This document shows, piece by piece, positions 59,955 to 64,000 of a stretch of 64,000 nt of DNA. Numbering within the stretch: the first letter of the stretch is position 1; every line of letters begins with the position of its first letter. A program made the translations under genes and the position numbers. The stretch comes from a bacterium (GTDB lineage: Bacteria; Krumholzibacteriota; Krumholzibacteriia; G020349025). Below the pieces are notes generated by a model. It saw nothing but the letters and a program-made list of their open reading frames with translations, was not told the origin of the DNA and searched no databases. The stretch spans positions 1-64,000 of the forward strand of contig JANLSU010000003.1 of NCBI GenBank assembly GCA_031362565.1, given 5' to 3'.

Positions 59955-60143
59955 TATACTTCACATGTAAACCTCGTGCGGTCTGGAGGCGCCGGGTCGA
60001 GTCCCCCGGCAACGAACGGCCGGACGAGTTCAGCCGGACCGGGCACGCCGGTGGAGAACCACCGCGCGGCACGGACGGCGCACGAGCCGGGGACCCCATC
60101 CACGGCAGACGAAGCGGGGCGGCGCAAGCCGCCTCGCTTTTTT
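59955..60143 (+). ncRNA. Candidate structured ncRNA or cis-regulatory leader (~175 nt)
   Basis: TATACT -10 at 59955; several stems; ends in an intrinsic terminator; no credible ORF. Confidence 0.6.
60114..60143 (+). terminator. Intrinsic terminator
   Basis: GCGGGGCGGC-GCAA-GCCGCCTCGC followed by T6. Confidence 0.88.
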
Positions 60144-60189
60144 GTTGGGAGCGCCGTAGTACACTGCGGCGAACCGTGGAGGCACCGCC

Positions 60190-60573
60190 GTGAAGGAACT
60201 CATCGTTGTCGGAGACCGAGTTCTCGTCGTGCCCGAAGAGGGCGAGGAGCGCACGCAGGTCGGCCTGTACTTGCCACAGACTGCGATCGACGCCCGGCAG
60301 GTGCAGGGCGGCCGCGTCACCGCACTCGGCCCCGGCATTCCCGTCTCGGCTCCGGACGCGAATGACGAAGAACCCTGGAAGCGGCAGCGGCCGCAGCCGC
60401 GCTATATGCCGATGCAGGTGCGCGTCGGCGATTACGCGATCTTCTTCCGGCGCGCCAGCGTCGACATCACGTTCGAGGGCAAACGTTACTTCGTGGTGCC
60501 GCACGATGCGATCCTGGTCGTTGTGCGCGACGACGGCGTCGAGCCGTTAGCGGCTGTCGTCTTGCCGAAGTGA
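60190..60573 (+). CDS. GroES-like co-chaperonin (orphan, long-loop type)
   Basis: GGAGG SD before GTG; VGDRVLV.P, GLYLP, G.V.ALGPG, VRVGD; DEEPWK insertion; no groEL adjacent. Confidence 0.88.
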   Translation: MKELIVVGDRVLVVPEEGEERTQVGLYLPQTAIDARQVQGGRVTALGPGIPVSAPDANDEEPWKRQRPQPRYMPMQVRVGDYAIFFRRASVDITFEGKRYFVVPHDAILVVVRDDGVEPLAAVVLPK

Positions 60574-61904
60574 ACGCCGATTCGACCGGCGGCGCCGGGC
60601 GCGTGGTGCGTTGGATCTGCATCGCGGTCATCGCACTCACCAGCCTCGAGTTCGTGGTCGCGACGACCGGCGTGTTGCTGCGCCAACCGGCCCCCGCGCA
60701 CACTGACTTTGCGTCCTACTACATGGCCGGAGTGTTGGCGCGCGAACACCGATCGCCGTACGACGCCGCGGCGCTCGTGGCGCGCTCCGAGGCACTGGGG
60801 CTCGGGCAGAGCACCTATCCGTTCGTGTATCCACCCCCCTTCGCGATCGCGATGCGGGCGCTCGCCGCATTGCCTTTCGAAACCGCGCGGCGAATCTGGA
60901 TCCTGCTCACTACGGTCGCATTGTTCGGCATGCTTGGCGCGACCTGGCGGCTCGGGCGAGCGTTGTCGGCCCGTCTCGAGATCACGAGTCCTCTCGCCGG
61001 CTGGCTCGTGATGGCGGCCTTCGCGCCGGCCGCGCTCAACTCCGCGAGCGTGCACAGCGACATTCGCGTCGGTTCCGTCGGAGTGCTATTCGGCGCCTGC
61101 ACGGCGATCATCGCCTGGCGTTCACTTGCCGGAGCGCGGCCGTCGCCGTGGGTCGGACTCGTCTTGGCACTCGCAGCGCTCGCCAAGACGACGCCCGTAG
61201 TTCTGATCGCGTGGGTGGCGTGGCGCGGTGCGCGCCGCACGGCGGCTTGGAGTGTCGCGTGGTTGGGGCTCGCGTTCGTGCCGGCGGTGTGGGTGTGGGG
61301 CCCGGGGATTATCGGCGATTGGTTGCAGCACGGCGTGCTTGCAAGGCTCGCGGTACCAAGCGGCTGGGCTCATAATCAGAGTTTGAATGCGGCCCTGTTG
61401 CGGCTCTGCGTGCCGGCGGCGCTCGATGGCGTGACGGTGCGCGCGCCGCTGTTGCAACAAGTCCTCGTGTGGGCATTGACGGCGGGCGTCGCAGTCTCGA
61501 CCTGGAGTTGCGTGCGCATTCGTTCACGCCCCGCAGCAATGTTACCGCTCGAGTGCAGCCTGATCGTCCTTGCCATCCTCATCGTGACCCCCATCACCTG
61601 GGTGCACACGATGGCCGCACTGTTGTTCGTGTGGCCGGTGCAGATGCTCGTTCTGGCGCGCGCCGCCGCGCAGCGCTGGAAATGGACGCCGCACGCCACT
61701 TGGGCTGCATGCGCCGGTTTTTTCCTGTCGTCGGCGCATTTGCCGGTGCTGTGGGGAACCGCACTGCATCACCGCCCGTGGGTCGCACTGACGACGCTCC
61801 CCTTGGCCGGCATGCTCATCTCCTTCGCAACGTGCGTTGTCCTCCTGCACCACGCTCCCGTGGTCGCAGCAGCAACCCCGGGCGCCATTCGTCAATCGGC
61901 GTAG
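60570..61904 (+). CDS. GT87/DUF2029-type membrane glycosyltransferase
   Basis: DFASYY, PFVYPPPFA, LAKTTP, HNQSL, PITWVH; GTGA overlap with the GroES-like gene. Confidence 0.85.
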   Translation: MNADSTGGAGRVVRWICIAVIALTSLEFVVATTGVLLRQPAPAHTDFASYYMAGVLAREHRSPYDAAALVARSEALGLGQSTYPFVYPPPFAIAMRALAALPFETARRIWILLTTVALFGMLGATWRLGRALSARLEITSPLAGWLVMAAFAPAALNSASVHSDIRVGSVGVLFGACTAIIAWRSLAGARPSPWVGLVLALAALAKTTPVVLIAWVAWRGARRTAAWSVAWLGLAFVPAVWVWGPGIIGDWLQHGVLARLAVPSGWAHNQSLNAALLRLCVPAALDGVTVRAPLLQQVLVWALTAGVAVSTWSCVRIRSRPAAMLPLECSLIVLAILIVTPITWVHTMAALLFVWPVQMLVLARAAAQRWKWTPHATWAACAGFFLSSAHLPVLWGTALHHRPWVALTTLPLAGMLISFATCVVLLHHAPVVAAATPGAIRQSA

Positions 61905-62012
61905 CGGAGAACTGTCAATCGCGTTGACACTCGGGCGAATGGATTCCGTTGGGCGAGGGGTTCGCGTCGACAGCAACAGCACTGAGGTTTGCAGCACTGA
62001 CGTCGCGAGAGT

Positions 62013-62030
62013 TTGTGAATCTTTTCACAA
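62013..62030. promoter_or_regulatory. Rex-type (also CRP-type) operator palindrome
   Basis: TTGTGAA-TCTT-TTCACAA. Confidence 0.55.
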
Positions 62031-62111
62031 CTCGTTCTGGAACGAGTTACGCGCTGGGTTAACGTTCTGTTTCTGAACGCGTTGGATGCGGCGACGACGT
62101 CTTGGTCGACT

Positions 62112-63095
62112 TCAGCGCGATGTCGCCACCAGGCGTCCGAAGGCTTCCTTGAGGCCGTCGTGGAGGGCGCGTTCGTCGGCGGGCGCCCAATCCCCGTGGT
62201 CGTCACGAACGAACGACGTCTTGTCGACGCGGTTGTCGAAACGCGCCGCCGGTAGATGAAATGCCTTGCCGCGCGTCGCGACCCCCACCGTGCCGGAGCG
62301 GTCACTCGTCTCCATGAGATAGGTCATGTCGTCAGTGCCGTAGTCTTCGAGCATGACACGGCGCGGCACGCCGTGGTGCAGGATCGACGCATCACCGTCG
62401 GGGCCCGGCTTCGCACGCGCCTCGTTCTTGCGGCGCGATTCCTCCGGCGTCACCCAGATGTAGAGAATCGACGCGCGCTCCAGGATGCTGTCCGAGAGTT
62501 GCGCCAGCGAATACTGGTATCCGAGCGGTGCCGGCAGAGGCGGGGTCGCGCCATCGGGCCCGCCGCGCGCGAACTCGATCACGATCGTCTTGTTCGAGAG
62601 ATCGCGCCCGCGTTGCATTTCGGCCACCTTGTCGTCCAACAACTTGCGCGCATCGGCCTCGAGTGCATCCACGAGCCCGGCGCGCGTGCGTGAATCGAGT
62701 GTCGCGAACTTCGGCTCGGCGCCGACTTTCGCGCGCGCCGCGTCGAAGCGATCGAGCAGCCACGCCGCCGCCGCGGCCGGCGCAATCCGCGGCTGGCGCC
62801 GCAGATCCTCATAGTCCTCGTTCACCAGTTCGATGAGCGTGCCCCAATCCTTGGTGTCGATCATCGGCTCGTCGCTCGACCGGAAAAACACTCCCTCCTG
62901 GCCGCGCGCCCGCAGTTCTTCCGAGATGCGGCGCATCATGTGCACGTACGGGTAGTCGTCGAGTTGCACCGTCTCGCCGAGATGGAAGCCGTTCAGCGCT
63001 TCGTCACCCGACAGCGTCGCGAGGTACGAGCGGACCTCCGACTTCCCGGATGCAGGCAGCGCGAGCAACAAGACAAGTTCGAGGGGTCGAGCCAT
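62112..63095 (-). CDS. Hypothetical P-loop NTPase-fold protein
   Basis: [18 protein letters not shown] (Walker A variant), LDDYPY, VIEFARG, ILYIWV.PEES. Confidence 0.8.
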   Translation of the reverse strand: MARPLELVLLLALPASGKSEVRSYLATLSGDEALNGFHLGETVQLDDYPYVHMMRRISEELRARGQEGVFFRSSDEPMIDTKDWGTLIELVNEDYEDLRRQPRIAPAAAAAWLLDRFDAARAKVGAEPKFATLDSRTRAGLVDALEADARKLLDDKVAEMQRGRDLSNKTIVIEFARGGPDGATPPLPAPLGYQYSLAQLSDSILERASILYIWVTPEESRRKNEARAKPGPDGDASILHHGVPRRVMLEDYGTDDMTYLMETSDRSGTVGVATRGKAFHLPAARFDNRVDKTSFVRDDHGDWAPADERALHDGLKEAFGRLVATSR

Positions 63096-63205
63096 GAGAG
63101 CCTCCGCGTTGAATTCGGCCTCCAGCCTAACACCAGGCGTGGCGCCGGGGTGCGAGCCCAGGTGTTGCGGGCCCCGGCGCGGCCCCCCAACCATTGCCCC
63201 AGGGG

Positions 63206-63247
63206 TTGACAGACTTGCTTCTATCGTTTATCGTCGATTAACGATGA
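63206..63247 (+). promoter_or_regulatory. arsR promoter/operator
   Basis: TTGACA-17-TATCGT; imperfect dyad ATCGTTTATCGTCGATTAACGAT overlapping the -10 and start codon. Confidence 0.8.
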
Positions 63248-63636
63248 ATACTGAACATGACATCCAAGATCGAGGCCCGAGCGGCGACGAAACCTGTTGT
63301 GGAACAAGCGCTTCCGCGTCTGCATCGCCCTCCGGGGCGGATGCGGACCTGGCGGCGCTCGCCAAGGCGCTCGGCCACCCGGTCCGCGTGGCGATCCTGC
63401 GGCACCTGCTGCAGCGGGGCGAGTGCGTCTGCGGTGACATCGTCGGGATGCTGCCGCTCGCCCAGTCGACCGTCTCGCAGCACCTCAAGGTGCTGAAGGA
63501 TGCGGGACTCGTGCGCGGCACCATCGAAGGGCCGCGCGTCTGTTACTGCGCCGACCCCGCGGCCGTGCGCCGCGTGCACGATCTCGCGCTCGCATTGTTG
63601 CCGGGCGCGATTCAACCGAGCGAACCGGGCGCGTGA
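63244..63636 (+). CDS. arsR: ArsR/SmtB-family repressor
   Basis: N-terminal [33 protein letters not shown]. Confidence 0.92.
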   Translation: MNTEHDIQDRGPSGDETCCGTSASASASPSGADADLAALAKALGHPVRVAILRHLLQRGECVCGDIVGMLPLAQSTVSQHLKVLKDAGLVRGTIEGPRVCYCADPAAVRRVHDLALALLPGAIQPSEPGA

Positions 63637-63673
63637 CGGGCCACTGTTGCGCTCCGATCACAGGAGGCCTCTC

Positions 63674-64000
63674 ATGTCCGACACTCTTCGACCGGCTACG
63701 AGTCCGAACGAAATCCGCACCATGGTGCGGGAGAAATACGGCGCCATCGCGGTGGGCGGCGAGTCGTGTTGCGGTCCACAGGGCGGTTGCGGCGCTGCAG
63801 CCCCCGAAACCGTTCTCGAACAAATCGGCTACACGGACGCGCAAGCGGCGGCGATTCCCGAAGGCACGAATCTCGGCCTGGGCTGCGGCAATCCGCTTGC
63901 ATTCGCCGCCGTGCAGCGGGGCGAGACCGTGCTCGATCTGGGTTCGGGCGCCGGCATCGACGCATTCCTCGCCGCCCGCGAAGTCGGGCCCACGGGCCAC
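63674..64000 (+). CDS. arsM: Arsenite S-adenosylmethionine methyltransferase (5' part; runs off the window)
   Basis: AGGAGG SD; my translation MSDTL...VREKYG..A...SCCG...GY......PEGTNLGLGCGNP...GETVLDLGSGAGID; absent from the ORF track. Confidence 0.92.
   Translation, partial: MSDTLRPATSPNEIRTMVREKYGAIAVGGESCCGPQGGCGAAAPETVLEQIGYTDAQAAAIPEGTNLGLGCGNPLAFAAVQRGETVLDLGSGAGIDAFLAAREVGPTGH

Noticed and set aside
59985..60030. Lysine riboswitch (GGAGGCGC) or glmS ribozyme (GCGCC...GACGAG) identity for the RNA candidate
   Set aside because: The other conserved elements (GAAAGG, GCCGAA, CTGTC; or the glmS core) are absent
63125..63170. attC-like GCCTAAC...GTTGCGG hairpin
   Set aside because: The right end is not complementary GTTRRRY, it lies in a divergent promoter region, and there is no integrase
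63634..63673. Selenocysteine read-through of the arsR UGA
   Set aside because: No convincing SECIS hairpin, and the read-through frame gives no meaningful motif
1..64000. CRISPR array, tRNA/rRNA, IS element, integrase or prophage
   Set aside because: No regularly spaced repeats, cloverleaf or T-loop signatures, or transposase, integrase or phage motifs were recognised by eye

Overview
High-GC bacterial chromosomal segment with about 65 CDSs. I found no rRNA, tRNA, CRISPR array, integrase or transposase. The C-terminal 'VESTTWGQLKSLYR' tail on a secreted beta-helix protein suggests a Krumholzibacteriota/Eisenbacteria/Latescibacterota-like organism (inference). The housekeeping core is priA, a TPR lipoprotein, rho-rpmE-DUF1385-prfA-(DUF4386 insert)-prmC-murA, and selB. 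Accessory loci include an ECF43-type sigma factor with a Ser/Thr kinase, a type IB topoisomerase, a LytS/LytTR pair with a MacB-type ABC transporter, a MerR operon, a REC/GGDEF/HK cluster, ggt flanked by two ferredoxin reductases, and arsR-arsM. Three observations stand out. (1) The ECF43/kinase pair diverges from three tandem paralogous lipoproteins. Two of these carry a duplicated, fixed-spacing upstream motif that looks like a cognate ECF promoter, and the sigma factor lacks the canonical phospho-acceptor Thr. (2) An unannotated ~175-nt structured RNA candidate at ~59968-60143 has its own -10, an intrinsic terminator and mutually exclusive terminator/antiterminator pairings. (3) A cluster of palindromes, including a perfect Rex/CRP-type box, lies between two convergent genes with no gene to regulate. 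All calls are from motif recognition by eye; no searches were run. Start codons were re-picked from the sequence where the ORF track over-extends.
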